Source of the DNA: an uncultured Bacteroides sp.
GTDB taxonomy: Bacteria > Bacteroidota > Bacteroidia > Bacteroidales > GCA-2748055
Length of the DNA stretch: 64,000 nt
NCBI GenBank assembly: GCA_964458155.1
Contig: CAYWGP010000118.1
Location: 9,810-73,809 of the forward strand
Reading direction: 5' to 3'
Of this stretch, positions 36,693 to 47,838 are shown one piece after another (the first letter of the stretch is position 1; every line of letters starts with the position of its first letter). The position numbers and the translations under genes were made by a program. The notes beneath the pieces are model-generated. The model searched no databases, had not been told where the DNA came from, and saw only the letters and a program-made list of their open reading frames with translations.

Positions 36693-39677
36693 ATGGCTGA
36701 AAGAAAGGCAACAAGACTAAGCAAGGCTGCCAGGGAGTTTAACGTGGGGATATCTACCATTGTTGAATTTCTTGGAAAGAAGGGACATGAGGTCGATTCC
36801 AATCCCAACAGTAAGTTGGATCCGGATTTGTACGAGCTCCTGCAGGAGGAGTACAGTACTGATTTGAATGTAAAGAAGGAAAGTGAAAAGCTCACCCTGA
36901 AAAACCTTAGAGAGAGACAGGAGTCGCTCTCACTGGATGATGTTCCTGAATCAGCCGAGCCAGAGGAGTCCGAGGAGTTAATTATTACCGATCATACTGC
37001 TTCCGCAGCTGCCACAGCACCATCACCGGTCGAAAAAGAGGTAAAGGTTTCCAAAGAAGAGCCAGAGCCTGTGGAGGAGAAGCCGAAAGTAAAAGCTGAA
37101 GCTGACAGCCCGAAGGCACCCAAAAAGGAGAAGGCACCAGAAAAGGAGAAGGCAGCTAAAAAGGAGAAGGCAGCTCCCCCGGCGGAGATCAGTGAAGAGA
37201 GCACGGAAGAAGGGACGAAAGAGCCCGTAGTGGCTGAAGGCGGACCCAGGGTCGTGGGGAAAATCGATCTGGACTCCATGAATCAGAAAACCCGTCCGAG
37301 CAAAAAATCCAAAGCCAGTGGTGAAAAGGCAGATAGCCCCGCGGCAAAAGCTGCACCAGAGGCGGAAGTTGTAAAGGAAGTTGTTGAAAAAGAAGAAAAA
37401 CCCCTGGCCGGAGAAACTCCCGAAAGCAAAATCGAAGAGCCGGAAACTGTAAAAGCTGAAAAGCCCGAGGAGACAAGCCCGGAAGTGGAGGAGGCAGTCG
37501 GTGAAAAGAAGGAGGAAGAATCGAACCTGATCCCCACCCGGGTGGAGAAATTAACAGGTCCTACCGTGGTTGGCAAGATTGAGCTGCCAAAGAAAAGAGA
37601 GCCCAAGAAAAAACCGGTGGCTTCCAGTAAGGATGATCAGAACCTGGACCAGAAGAAAAAACGGAAACGGATCAAGAAGGAGACCGGTCTGGTGGATATT
37701 GACAGGCAGAACAAAGCAGGTGCAGCAAGAGAAAAGGGAGGAAAGAAACGAAAGCGTGCCGCCAGGCCTGAGGTCAATGAAGAGGATGTTCAGAAGCAGA
37801 TCAAAGATACCCTGGCCAAACTGACCAGCAAAGGATCCAAATCAAGAACATCCAAATACAGGCGTGAAAAACGGGATGCCGTACAGGCCAAATTGCAGGA
37901 AGAAAGCGATTTACTTGAAGAGAGACTGAACGTTTTACAGGTAACCGAGTTTGTATCTGTGAACGAGCTGGCCAACATGATGAGCGTGTCCCCAACGGAA
38001 GTTATAAAGACCTGCATGAACCTGGGTCTCTTTGTATCCATAAACCAGCGTCTTGATGCGGAGACCATGTCTCTGGTTGCTGATGAATTTGATTTCAAAG
38101 TGGAGTTTGTCAGTGTGGATCTTGTTGCATCCATCCAGGAAGAAGAGGATGCCCCCGAAGATCTGGACTCAAGGTCTCCCATTGTGACTGTAATGGGACA
38201 TGTGGACCATGGAAAAACCAAATTGCTGGATGTGGTACGCGATGCCGATGTGGTAGCAGGGGAAGCGGGCGGAATTACCCAGCATATTGGTGCCTACAGT
38301 GTAAAACTGGAAGGTGGACGGAAAATCACCTTCCTGGATACTCCAGGTCACGAAGCCTTTACAGCCATGCGTGCAAGGGGTGCACAGATTACCGATGTGG
38401 CCATTATTGTGGTGGCAGCCGATGACGGGGTTAAACCCCAGACCGTGGAAGCCATTAACCATGCGGCGGCAGCAGGTGTTCCCATTGTATTTGCCATTAA
38501 TAAGATCGATCTGCAGACTGCCAATCCCGAAAAAATTAAGGATGAACTTGCCCAGATGAATTATATGGTTGAGGACTGGGGCGGTAAATACCAGAGCCAG
38601 GAGATCTCGGCCAAAGGAAATATCAACATTGAAGAGCTTCTTGAGAAAGTGCTTCTGGAAGCTGAGCTTCTCGATTTAAAGGCCAATCCCAAAAAGTCGG
38701 CCCGGGGTACTGTAATTGAATCAACCCTCGACCGGGGCAGGGGCAATGTTGCCACCATCCTTGTGGAGTCGGGAACACTCAGGATCGGAGATGTTTTGCT
38801 GGCGGGTCAGCATTACGGACATGTGAAAGCAATGTTTAACGAGCGTGGCAAGAAAATCAAGGAGGCCGGTCCTTCTACGCCAGCCCTGGTACTGGGACTG
38901 AATGGTGCTCCCCAGGCCGGAGAGAGTTTCAATGTGATGAACACCGATAAGGAGGCCAAGGAGATTGCCAACAAGCGTGAGCAATTGCAGCGTGAGCAGG
39001 AGCTAAGGACCACCAAGCATCTTACACTGGATGAAATCGGACGCCGGATTGCCCTTGGCAGCTTCCAGGAGCTGAATGTGATTGTAAAGGGTGATGTGGA
39101 CGGATCCATCGAGGCCCTGTCCGACTCACTTATCAAGCTGAGTACTGAGGAAATCCAGGTGAATATCAAACACAAGGCGGTTGGACAGATCTCTGAATCG
39201 GACATCCTGCTGGCTGCAGCATCCAATGCCATCGTGATCGGCTTCCAGGTCAGGCCATCGCTCAGTGCCAGAAAACTGGCAGAAAAAGAACAGATAGATA
39301 TTCGTCTCTATTCCATTATCTACGATGCCATTGAAGAGGTTAAGGCAGCCATGGAAGGTATGCTTTCTCCCGAAATTAAGGAAGATATCATCGGTACCCT
39401 GGAGATCCTGGAGACCTTCAAGATAACCAAAGTGGGAACCATTGCAGGATGTATTGTCAGGGAAGGTAAAATCAGGAGGACTTCAAAGGTTCGGCTTATC
39501 CGCGACGGTATTGTAATCTACAGTGGAGAACTGGGTTCCCTGAAGCGTTTTAAGGATGAAGCCAGGGAAGTTGTTTCGGGCCTTGAGTGCGGACTTAACA
39601 TCGAGAATTTCAATGATATCAAAGTAGGCGACATGGTTGAAGCCTATGAAGAGACCGAGATGAAGAAAACTCTCTAA
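36693..39677 (+). CDS. infB: translation initiation factor IF-2
   Basis: GTPase '[16 protein letters not shown]', 'DTPGHEAF', 'NKID'. Long K/E/A/P-rich N-terminal linker. Confidence 0.95.
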   Translation: MAERKATRLSKAAREFNVGISTIVEFLGKKGHEVDSNPNSKLDPDLYELLQEEYSTDLNVKKESEKLTLKNLRERQESLSLDDVPESAEPEESEELIITDHTASAAATAPSPVEKEVKVSKEEPEPVEEKPKVKAEADSPKAPKKEKAPEKEKAAKKEKAAPPAEISEESTEEGTKEPVVAEGGPRVVGKIDLDSMNQKTRPSKKSKASGEKADSPAAKAAPEAEVVKEVVEKEEKPLAGETPESKIEEPETVKAEKPEETSPEVEEAVGEKKEEESNLIPTRVEKLTGPTVVGKIELPKKREPKKKPVASSKDDQNLDQKKKRKRIKKETGLVDIDRQNKAGAAREKGGKKRKRAARPEVNEEDVQKQIKDTLAKLTSKGSKSRTSKYRREKRDAVQAKLQEESDLLEERLNVLQVTEFVSVNELANMMSVSPTEVIKTCMNLGLFVSINQRLDAETMSLVADEFDFKVEFVSVDLVASIQEEEDAPEDLDSRSPIVTVMGHVDHGKTKLLDVVRDADVVAGEAGGITQHIGAYSVKLEGGRKITFLDTPGHEAFTAMRARGAQITDVAIIVVAADDGVKPQTVEAINHAAAAGVPIVFAINKIDLQTANPEKIKDELAQMNYMVEDWGGKYQSQEISAKGNINIEELLEKVLLEAELLDLKANPKKSARGTVIESTLDRGRGNVATILVESGTLRIGDVLLAGQHYGHVKAMFNERGKKIKEAGPSTPALVLGLNGAPQAGESFNVMNTDKEAKEIANKREQLQREQELRTTKHLTLDEIGRRIALGSFQELNVIVKGDVDGSIEALSDSLIKLSTEEIQVNIKHKAVGQISESDILLAAASNAIVIGFQVRPSLSARKLAEKEQIDIRLYSIIYDAIEEVKAAMEGMLSPEIKEDIIGTLEILETFKITKVGTIAGCIVREGKIRRTSKVRLIRDGIVIYSGELGSLKRFKDEAREVVSGLECGLNIENFNDIKVGDMVEAYEETEMKKTL
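37122..37175 (+). repeat. 3 x 18-nt in-frame tandem repeat inside the infB linker ([18 protein letters not shown])
   Basis: aaaaaggagaaggcacca / gaaaaggagaaggcagct / aaaaaggagaaggcagct. Confidence 0.8.
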
Positions 39678-39706
39678 CAGTCGCTGAAAACTCTCTAAGA
39701 ATCGCT
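39665..39706 (+). repeat. 2 x 21-nt tandem duplication spanning the infB stop codon
   Basis: gaaaactctctaacagtcgct / gaaaactctctaagaatcgct (19/21 identical). Both units carry an in-frame TAA. Confidence 0.85.
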
Positions 39707-39720
39707 TTCGATTTTATTTT
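39699..39720 (+). terminator. weak intrinsic terminator after infB
   Basis: (g)aatcg-cttt-cgatt followed by ttatttt. Confidence 0.3.
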
Positions 39721-39745
39721 ATATTAGCATACCAAAAGCAAGGGT

Positions 39746-40327
39746 ATGTATGAATATATCGAGGGAGAATTTGTTGAGAAGAGTCCCGCTCATCTGATTG
39801 TTCAGGCAGGCCACCTGGCCTACTACATTCACATTTCAGTATTTACCTACAGCCAGATCAGCAATCTGCAAAAAGGAAAGATCTACCTCCACTTTGTTGT
39901 CAGGGAAGATGCGCAGATTTTCTATGGTTTCGGCAGCCGGGAGGAGCGGGAAATCTTCAGAATGCTTATATCGGTTTCAGGGGTGGGTTCCAATACAGCC
40001 CGCCTGATCCTTTCTTCCCTTTCTCCTGAAGAAATAAGCCATGCCATTCTGGCCGGGAATGTCTCTATTCTACAGGGAATAAAGGGAATCGGGGCAAAAT
40101 CTGCACAGCGAATCATAGTCGACCTGAAGGATAAGGTCGGGGGAGGTGCTGGAATTGATGAATTATTCTTTTCAAAAGACAATACAAGTCGCGAAGAAGC
40201 GTTATCTGCTTTAGTAGCACTGGGTTTTCCAAAGAAAACCGTAGATAAGATTCTGACACGTATTTTAGCAGAGCAGCCCGAACTTTCAGTTGAGGAGGTA
40301 GTGAAGGCTGCCTTGAAGTTTATGTAG
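39746..40327 (+). CDS. ruvA: Holliday junction branch migration protein RuvA
   Basis: 'MYEYIEGEF', HhH motifs 'LISVSGVGSNTARLIL' and 'LQGIKGIGAKSAQRII'. Confidence 0.9.
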   Translation: MYEYIEGEFVEKSPAHLIVQAGHLAYYIHISVFTYSQISNLQKGKIYLHFVVREDAQIFYGFGSREEREIFRMLISVSGVGSNTARLILSSLSPEEISHAILAGNVSILQGIKGIGAKSAQRIIVDLKDKVGGGAGIDELFFSKDNTSREEALSALVALGFPKKTVDKILTRILAEQPELSVEEVVKAALKFM

Positions 40328-43300
40328 TGAACTGTCGGTTTAAGCACATATTCCTGATTGTCATTGGATTCTTGCTGGCTTTAGCAGCCAATGCCCAGGA
40401 TTCAACGCTGCATTATCCCTTCTCCGACCGGGGTTCATATCCCTTCTCATCGTCGGGACAAAGCTCCCCACTATATCTGAATAATCCTTCCAACATCCAT
40501 TCGAATGTAGTTTATGATCCCCTGACCCAGAAATACGTATTCACCGAGACTATCGGAAGCTGGAATTACAGGTACCCTACAACCATGACCATGGAGGAGT
40601 ACGGGACATTTGATATGCAGCAACAGGTGAGTGATTACTGGCGCATGAAAGCAAGCGGGTCCTCTCTGGAACAGCAACTCTCATTTATCCCGCCAATCCA
40701 GGTGGGGGGAGAGGCATTTGATAAAGTGTTCGGATCCAATATAATCAGCATAGTACCCACAGGATCTGCCGAATTGATCTTTGGGTTTAACCTGAGTAAA
40801 CAGGACAATCCCAATATCAGCGAGCAGCTCAGGTCTGTGCCCTCCTTTACTTTCGATGAAAAAATCATCATGAATGTGGCAGGTACCATAGGCACCAAGT
40901 TTGCCATGGATATCAGTTATAATACGGAAGCCACCTTTGATTTTGAGAACCAGACCAAGCTTGAGTATGCAGGGGATGAGGATGAGATAATCAAGAAGAT
41001 TGAGGCCGGGAATGTAAATTTCTCATTGCCGGGATCTCTGATCACAGGGAGCCAGAGTCTCTTTGGTTTAAAAGCGGACCTTCAATTTGGAAAACTAACC
41101 GTATCCACCGTATTTTCTCAGCAACGGGGCGAGTCGTCGGTAATCAATGTTGAGGGAGGTGCTCAGATGAATGAGTACTCAGTAACAGTGGACAACTATG
41201 ATGTGAACAAGCACTACTTTCTTTCGGATTACTTCCGGGAGACCTACAACCAGGCATTATCGCTTCTGCCGGTAGTAAACTCCGATGTGGCCATTACCCG
41301 CATAGAGGTATGGGTAACCAACAAGACTACAAATTTTGAAGAGTCCAGGAACATTGTGGCAGTTAATGACCTGGCTGAGCCCTATCCCATGTTTTTCGAT
41401 CGCGATCCTACTCAGACAGGAAACTACCCGAGGAATCCGCTGAACGATGCCTATGAAGAGCTCACCACCACCTATTCGGCCATCAGGGATATCAAAAATG
41501 CAACCACTGTGCTGGAGGGTGCAGGCCTGGTCCTGGGTACAGATTATGAAAAACTTGAAAATGCCAGACTGCTGTCGGCCCGGGAATATACCTTCCATGA
41601 AAAGCTGGGTTATATTTCTTTGAATACGGCCCTGAATACAGATGAGATTCTGGCTGTGGCCTATGAATATACCTACAGGGGGCAGACCTTCCGGGTGGGT
41701 GAATTATCTGAGTCCAGTGGGATCAGTGCTCCTTCCACCCTGATAATGAAACTGATCAAGCCATCGAATTTTACACCCAGAAGCTACACCTGGGACCTGA
41801 TGATGAAGAACGTCTATGCCCTGGGTGCCTATCAGGTGAGTCAGGAAGAATTTACCCTGGATATACTTTACCGCGATGATAAAACGGGGAATGCAGTCAA
41901 CTACCTGCCCGGAACCAGTCTGGATAAAACAATCCTGATCAGATTGTTGAATATGGATAAATTGGATTCGCAGCTTGATCCCTATCCTGATGGTGTTTTT
42001 GATTATTTGGAGAATCTCACTATCTACTCCTCCAACGGACGGGTGTTCTTCCCCCTGCTGGAACCATTCGGGGCTGACCTGACGAAGATTCTGAATGACA
42101 GTCTGGATGCCGATGAGGCAGCGGCAGCCATTGATAAGTTTGTTTACCAGGAGCTATATGACTCCACCAAGACCAAGGCGCAGCAGATTGCCGAAAAGAA
42201 CAAGTTCCTGATCCAGGGGGAATATTCCTCCTCAAGCAGCTCGGAGATTATGCTGAACGCCATGAATGTACCCCAGGGATCGGTAAAAGTTACAGCGGGC
42301 GGACGGGAGTTGATGGAGGGTACTGACTATACGGTCGATTACATGCTGGGCCGGGTTACTATCATTAACCAGGGAATTCTTGAATCTGGCACTCCCATCC
42401 GGATTTCACTGGAAAACCAGAGTCTGTTTAACTTCCAGACCAAGACGTTGATAGGAACCCATCTCGACTACAGGATCTCAGATAAATTCAACCTGGGGGC
42501 CACAGTCATGCACCTGACAGAAAGGCCCCTGACACAAAAGGTGAATGTTGGAGATGAGCCCATTTCCAATACCATCTGGGGACTTAACGGAAACTACAGT
42601 ACCGAGTCCCAGTGGATTACCAACCTGGTGGATAAGCTGCCTTTCCTGGAGACCAAGGCACCCTCCTCCTTTACCGTGGTTGGAGAGTTTGCACAATTGG
42701 TTCCCGGAACCTCCAAAGCCATTGGGAAAGAAGGGAATGCCTACATTGACGATTTTGAAGGCAGTGAAACATCCATGGATCTGAAACAGTTCTCCTCCTG
42801 GAAACTGGCTTCCACACCCCGGGGGTTTTTTCCGGAATCCGATTACAATAACAACAGGGCCTATGGGTACAATCGGGCACTGCTGTCGTGGTACCACATC
42901 GATCCTCTTTTTCTGAATCCGGATTCACGGACACCCGATTACATGAAGAATGATCCTGATTATATGTCCAGTGCTTACGTATATGAAGTATATGAACAGG
43001 ATATTTTTCCATTTAAGGAGAATCCAAATGGAATACCCACCCGCATATCTGTTTTGAACCTGTCATACTATCCGGAAGAACGGGGCCCATATAACTATGA
43101 TTATCAGAGAATCGGGCTTGATGGAAAACTGCTTGAACCCCAGGAAAGGTGGGGTGGAGTTATGCGTGAGATTTACTCCACAGATTTTGAACAGGCCAAT
43201 GTGGAGTTTATCGAGTTCTGGATGATGGACCCCTTTGTTGAAATGCCGGACCACAGTGGAGGAGAGCTTTATTTTAACCTGGGAAATATTTCCGAGGATG

Positions 43301-46300
43301 TTTTGAAGGACTCCAGGAAGGTGTTTGAAAACGGACTGCCAACTTCGGCGGAAGTTGAAAAAGTGGATACCACTGTCTGGGGTCGTATTCCGCTGACACA
43401 GTCACTGGTACAGGGTTTCAGTGCAGGAGACGATACCCGTAAATACCAGGATATTGGACTGGATGGTCTGTCGTCTATGTACTCTCTGGATGAGGAATCT
43501 TTCTTTTCCCAGGAACCGGATGATTATCTGCGCCAGATAGATGAGCTCTATAATGCCGGCTTGCTGAGTCAGGAAGCCAGGGATGCAATCTTTGACGACC
43601 CGTCATCGGATGATTATATGTACTACCGCAGCACTTTCTACGATGCTGCCCGGGAGGACATTATAGGCCGCTATAAGAAATACAATAACCATGAGGGGAA
43701 CTCACCCAGTGACGCCGATAACACGGAATCTTACCCCACCTCGGGCACCTCACTTCCCGACATTGAGGATATTAACCAGGATAATACCCTCAGTGAAGGA
43801 GAAAGCTACTATTCCTACCGGGTCGATATTAACAAAAATGACCTTGAGGTAGGACAGAACCATATTGTGGATAAGGTAGTAGATAAGGTCACCTATGAGA
43901 ATGGAGAAACTGCCGATGTAACCTGGTTTCAGTTCAGGATACCTATATTTGATTATGACGATATTGAAGGGGATATCTCCGATTTTAAAACTATCCGCTT
44001 CATGCGGATGTTTATGACGGGATTTGAGGATACCACCTTCCTTCGCTTCGCCAGGCTTGATCTGATTCGGGAAGAATGGAGACGATACCAATTCCCGCTG
44101 ATACAGGGAGGGGAAGACTGGACCGGGGTTGAGCCTCCCCTGGGAGCGCTGGCCATTTCTGCAGTAAATATTGAAGAGAATTCGGGCAAGGAACCAGTTA
44201 ACTATGTATTGCCTCCTGGATTTGACCGCCAGATTGATCCCATGCAGCCTCAGCTCAGGCAGCTCAATGAACAATCCATAGTCCTCCGGGTGGATGAGCT
44301 GGCAGATGGTGATGCCAGAGCCGCTTATAAAAATACCCAGATGGATATGCGTCAGTATAAAAAGCTCCGGATGGAGGCTCACGCCGAGGCCATAACAGGG
44401 GAGGTGCTTGAAAATGATGAACTGGTAGCCTTTATCAGGCTGGGAACCGATTATAAGGACAATTACTACGAGTACGAAGTTCCCCTGGAACTTACTCCTC
44501 CCGGGAGATATGATAATGATAGTGATAGTGACCGGGAGATTGTATGGCCCAGTAGCAACGAGTTTGAAGTGGTACTGGATGATTTCAAGGAATTGAAACA
44601 GGCCAGGAACAGTGCCATGAACGATCCGGAAAGTGATGTGGACATCTCTACAGTTTATTCAGAGATCGACGACAATGGGAACCGGGTCTCGGTAACCGGT
44701 AACCCGAATCTGAGCAGTGTTCGTACCATCATGATCGGGGTCCGCAACCCCAAAGCAGGAAATAATCCTTATGGACCGGATGACGCATTGCCCAAGTCGG
44801 GGGAGATCTGGTTGAACGAGTTGCGTCTGACCGATTTCAATGAGCATGGGGGATGGGCCGCCAACGGAAGGGCAACATTGAAACTGGCCGATTTCGGGAA
44901 TGTTACCTTTGCCGGAAATACCAGTCAGCCTGGCTTTGGAGCTATAGAACAGAAGATCCAGGAGAGGCAGTTGGAACAGATAATCCAGTACGATATCTCT
45001 TCGAACCTCCAGATGGGAAAATTCTTTAAGCAGGAAAGCGGTGTCAATATTCCTGTCTTTGTTTCTTACTCAAAAGCCATTGTTAATCCCGAGTACAATC
45101 CCCTTGATCCTGATGTTCCCCTGAATGAGGCCATTGACGAGGCAGAGACCGAAGCGGAACGCGACTCCATAATCCGTAATTCAAGGGATGTTGTGGAAAG
45201 GAAGGCATTTGCTGTAACAAATGTGAGGATGAACAAGGCAGGCAACAAGAAGCGCTTCTATAGCCTTTCCAACTGGTCCACTTCCTTCTCCATGAACGAG
45301 ATGAACAGCCGGAACCCCAATCTCAACTATTACAATACCAGTAAAGTCAGGGGGAACCTGAGCTATAACTTCAATACCAGGCCCAGAAACGTGCAGCCAT
45401 TTAAAACGGTCAAATGGATGAATTCGGAATGGCTGCGGCTTATTAAGGATTTCAATTTTAACTATACTCCATCCAGGGTCTCCTTCCGGACAGATATGGA
45501 TCGCTACTACCTGGAGAAGGAGGTAAGGAACGTCGATAATCCGAGCCTCTATGTGCAGCCTACCTTTAAAAAGGACTTTTACTGGAACCGTTTTTTCGAT
45601 TTGAAATTTGATCTTACCCGGAACCTTCGTTTTGATTTTTCTTCAACGAACAATGCAAGGATCGACGAGCCCGAGGGTCGCTATAAGTATGATTATCAGT
45701 GGGATGCTCTTCGGGACACCATTTTGAACCTGGGGCGTTCCACCAGCTATTTCCACCAGTTCAATCTTTCTTATACTGTTCCCATCAATAAAATCCCTCT
45801 GCTGGACTGGACATCCCTCAATGCCCGCTACGGAGGAACCTATGGATGGGATGTGGGTCCCATTATTCCTGATGATCCCGTATACGGACCCATCAATCTC
45901 GGGAACACAATTAAGAACTCCAATACCATCCAGCTGAACGGACAGCTGAATCTCCTGAACCTCTACAACAAAGTTCCCTACCTGAAGGATATCAATGCCA
46001 AATACCGAAATGCACAAACCAGGGCCAGGGAGTCCAAGTCCAGGATCAAGACCCGGGTTTATGATGATGATAATATCTATTTGCGGGAAGGAAGGGCCCG
46101 CTATGTGGTCCACAACCTGAAGACCGAAGACATCGTGGTTGAAGTATTCGATGAAAATATGCAGCCCGTGGAAGTGGAGATGGAGATTATCAGCAATACA
46201 CGGATCCGCATTACATCGGCAAAGGCTATCCGAAATGCTTCGGTAAGGGTAACAGGCACCATTGAAAAAGGGGAGAGTCCCCTGATTTTCATCGCCGAGG

Positions 46301-47697
46301 GTACTGTGAGAATACTTATGAGTATCCGAACCCTGAACCTGACCTATTCCACCAGTGGAGGAACCCTTCAGCCAGGATATGTATACGGGGTGGATCGCTT
46401 TGGGTTTGGCACCCATACAGTCAATGGATACATGGAACCCGGTTGGGGATTTATCGCAGGGTGGCAGGACCAGGATTATGCGCTGAACTCTTTTAACAGG
46501 GGGGCGCTTAGCACTGACCAGGTTCTCAATGAGCCCTATGCCATGAACCATACCGAGCGCTTTACCGGAAGGATGAGTATCGAACCATTTAATGGCCTGA
46601 AGATCGACCTGACATCCAACCGCATGTACTCTTATAACTATTCGGAATACTACACGGCCAATGCAGACGGTACTCTTCCTCCCGATTCTGCAAGAGGAAA
46701 ATATAATACCGGAAACTTCAGCATGTCGGTGATCACCCTTAAAACTGCTTTTGAGAAGATTGATGACAACGTAGAGTCATCGGAGTCTTTCTACCTGCTC
46801 CAGAACGATTACAGGCAGACCATATCCCAGCGCCTGGGCCAGGAGTATACCGAAAATACCGGGGTGGTGCTGCCTCCCGATACTGCCAACGCCGGTTATG
46901 TAAGCGGATATGGACCCACTTCTCAGGAAGTCCTTATCCCGGCCTTCCTGGCTGCCTACGGAGGAGGTTCACCTGACGATGTATCCATGAATGTAATCAA
47001 AACCATCTGGCAGATGATGCCCAACTGGCAGGTAAGATTCGACGGATTGGGGAAGATTGAAGCTTTGCAGAGGTATGTCAATTCCATTGTTATGAACCAC
47101 TCCTACCGCTCAACTTATAGTGTGGGATCCTTTATCAACAACCCCTTTTACAGGGTTGACACCATCAGCGGGGTGCCCATAGCTTATGATCTGCAGGGGA
47201 ACTTCATGGTGGATCAGAATGTCAATATAGTCAGTGTCAATGAAAATTTCAGTCCCTTCCTGGGTCTTAATATGGATTGGAAGAACAGTCTGACCACCCG
47301 TATTGAATACAAACGGGCCAGAACAGTGGCCATGAATATGAACAACACACAGGTAAATGAGATTAACAGCGAAGAGTATATTATCGGGGCAGGTTACCGC
47401 TTCAATGAAGTTCCCCTGGTTATCAACCAGAGAAACCTGTCAAGTGACCTGAATATCAGGCTTGACCTTTCCATGCGGAACAACCGGACCGTGATCCGGA
47501 AACTTGAAGGTCTCTCGGGAAGTGAGATCACAGCCGGTCAGACCATTTTCTCTTTGAAGGCATCCGCTGATTACATGTTAAGTGATAAGTTCATCCTACG
47601 GCTCTTCTACGACCAGAGGCTCACAACACCTTATATATCAAATTCATATCCAAACGCAAACTACAATGTGGGCTTCAGCATGACTTTCACATTGTAA
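40327..47697 (+). CDS. sprA: cell-surface protein SprA (type IX secretion system translocon; Sov homologue)
   Basis: 2456 aa. Signal peptide 'FLLALAANAQ'. Giant beta-barrel-type composition ending in the aromatic-rich 'YNVGFSMTFTL'. Size and Bacteroidota context fit SprA. GTG start overlaps the ruvA stop by 1 nt. Confidence 0.85.
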   Translation: MNCRFKHIFLIVIGFLLALAANAQDSTLHYPFSDRGSYPFSSSGQSSPLYLNNPSNIHSNVVYDPLTQKYVFTETIGSWNYRYPTTMTMEEYGTFDMQQQVSDYWRMKASGSSLEQQLSFIPPIQVGGEAFDKVFGSNIISIVPTGSAELIFGFNLSKQDNPNISEQLRSVPSFTFDEKIIMNVAGTIGTKFAMDISYNTEATFDFENQTKLEYAGDEDEIIKKIEAGNVNFSLPGSLITGSQSLFGLKADLQFGKLTVSTVFSQQRGESSVINVEGGAQMNEYSVTVDNYDVNKHYFLSDYFRETYNQALSLLPVVNSDVAITRIEVWVTNKTTNFEESRNIVAVNDLAEPYPMFFDRDPTQTGNYPRNPLNDAYEELTTTYSAIRDIKNATTVLEGAGLVLGTDYEKLENARLLSAREYTFHEKLGYISLNTALNTDEILAVAYEYTYRGQTFRVGELSESSGISAPSTLIMKLIKPSNFTPRSYTWDLMMKNVYALGAYQVSQEEFTLDILYRDDKTGNAVNYLPGTSLDKTILIRLLNMDKLDSQLDPYPDGVFDYLENLTIYSSNGRVFFPLLEPFGADLTKILNDSLDADEAAAAIDKFVYQELYDSTKTKAQQIAEKNKFLIQGEYSSSSSSEIMLNAMNVPQGSVKVTAGGRELMEGTDYTVDYMLGRVTIINQGILESGTPIRISLENQSLFNFQTKTLIGTHLDYRISDKFNLGATVMHLTERPLTQKVNVGDEPISNTIWGLNGNYSTESQWITNLVDKLPFLETKAPSSFTVVGEFAQLVPGTSKAIGKEGNAYIDDFEGSETSMDLKQFSSWKLASTPRGFFPESDYNNNRAYGYNRALLSWYHIDPLFLNPDSRTPDYMKNDPDYMSSAYVYEVYEQDIFPFKENPNGIPTRISVLNLSYYPEERGPYNYDYQRIGLDGKLLEPQERWGGVMREIYSTDFEQANVEFIEFWMMDPFVEMPDHSGGELYFNLGNISEDVLKDSRKVFENGLPTSAEVEKVDTTVWGRIPLTQSLVQGFSAGDDTRKYQDIGLDGLSSMYSLDEESFFSQEPDDYLRQIDELYNAGLLSQEARDAIFDDPSSDDYMYYRSTFYDAAREDIIGRYKKYNNHEGNSPSDADNTESYPTSGTSLPDIEDINQDNTLSEGESYYSYRVDINKNDLEVGQNHIVDKVVDKVTYENGETADVTWFQFRIPIFDYDDIEGDISDFKTIRFMRMFMTGFEDTTFLRFARLDLIREEWRRYQFPLIQGGEDWTGVEPPLGALAISAVNIEENSGKEPVNYVLPPGFDRQIDPMQPQLRQLNEQSIVLRVDELADGDARAAYKNTQMDMRQYKKLRMEAHAEAITGEVLENDELVAFIRLGTDYKDNYYEYEVPLELTPPGRYDNDSDSDREIVWPSSNEFEVVLDDFKELKQARNSAMNDPESDVDISTVYSEIDDNGNRVSVTGNPNLSSVRTIMIGVRNPKAGNNPYGPDDALPKSGEIWLNELRLTDFNEHGGWAANGRATLKLADFGNVTFAGNTSQPGFGAIEQKIQERQLEQIIQYDISSNLQMGKFFKQESGVNIPVFVSYSKAIVNPEYNPLDPDVPLNEAIDEAETEAERDSIIRNSRDVVERKAFAVTNVRMNKAGNKKRFYSLSNWSTSFSMNEMNSRNPNLNYYNTSKVRGNLSYNFNTRPRNVQPFKTVKWMNSEWLRLIKDFNFNYTPSRVSFRTDMDRYYLEKEVRNVDNPSLYVQPTFKKDFYWNRFFDLKFDLTRNLRFDFSSTNNARIDEPEGRYKYDYQWDALRDTILNLGRSTSYFHQFNLSYTVPINKIPLLDWTSLNARYGGTYGWDVGPIIPDDPVYGPINLGNTIKNSNTIQLNGQLNLLNLYNKVPYLKDINAKYRNAQTRARESKSRIKTRVYDDDNIYLREGRARYVVHNLKTEDIVVEVFDENMQPVEVEMEIISNTRIRITSAKAIRNASVRVTGTIEKGESPLIFIAEGTVRILMSIRTLNLTYSTSGGTLQPGYVYGVDRFGFGTHTVNGYMEPGWGFIAGWQDQDYALNSFNRGALSTDQVLNEPYAMNHTERFTGRMSIEPFNGLKIDLTSNRMYSYNYSEYYTANADGTLPPDSARGKYNTGNFSMSVITLKTAFEKIDDNVESSESFYLLQNDYRQTISQRLGQEYTENTGVVLPPDTANAGYVSGYGPTSQEVLIPAFLAAYGGGSPDDVSMNVIKTIWQMMPNWQVRFDGLGKIEALQRYVNSIVMNHSYRSTYSVGSFINNPFYRVDTISGVPIAYDLQGNFMVDQNVNIVSVNENFSPFLGLNMDWKNSLTTRIEYKRARTVAMNMNNTQVNEINSEEYIIGAGYRFNEVPLVINQRNLSSDLNIRLDLSMRNNRTVIRKLEGLSGSEITAGQTIFSLKASADYMLSDKFILRLFYDQRLTTPYISNSYPNANYNVGFSMTFTL

Positions 47698-47752
47698 TTT
47701 CAGCCGGATTATTTTATGATTTTAAGCAGCTGGAATTTCTTCAGGAAAGTAT

Positions 47753-47760
47753 TACATTTG
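47753..47760 (+). promoter_or_regulatory. candidate -7 box (TAcaTTTG) for gcvH
   Basis: tacatttg lies 86 nt upstream of the gcvH ATG. Confidence 0.35.
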
Positions 47761-47775
47761 AAGGAAGGTTAGTGG

Positions 47776-47838
47776 TTATTAGTTAATGGTTAATAACTGC
47801 TATAATCCAACCATTAAGCATTAACGATTAACTAATAA
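47776..47838 (+). promoter_or_regulatory. nested A/T-rich inverted repeats in the gcvH leader
   Basis: ttattagttaat (47776-47787) is the exact reverse complement of attaactaataa (47827-47838). ttaatggtt (47783-47791) is the exact reverse complement of aaccattaa (47809-47817). Confidence 0.6.

Noticed and set aside
36990-37680. Repetitive K/E/A/P-rich DNA in infB as a possible independent repeat element
   Set aside because: It is in frame within IF-2 and corresponds to the variable, low-complexity N-terminal linker common in IF-2 proteins. The 3 x 18-nt tandem at 37122-37175 is ordinary slippage-prone coding sequence.
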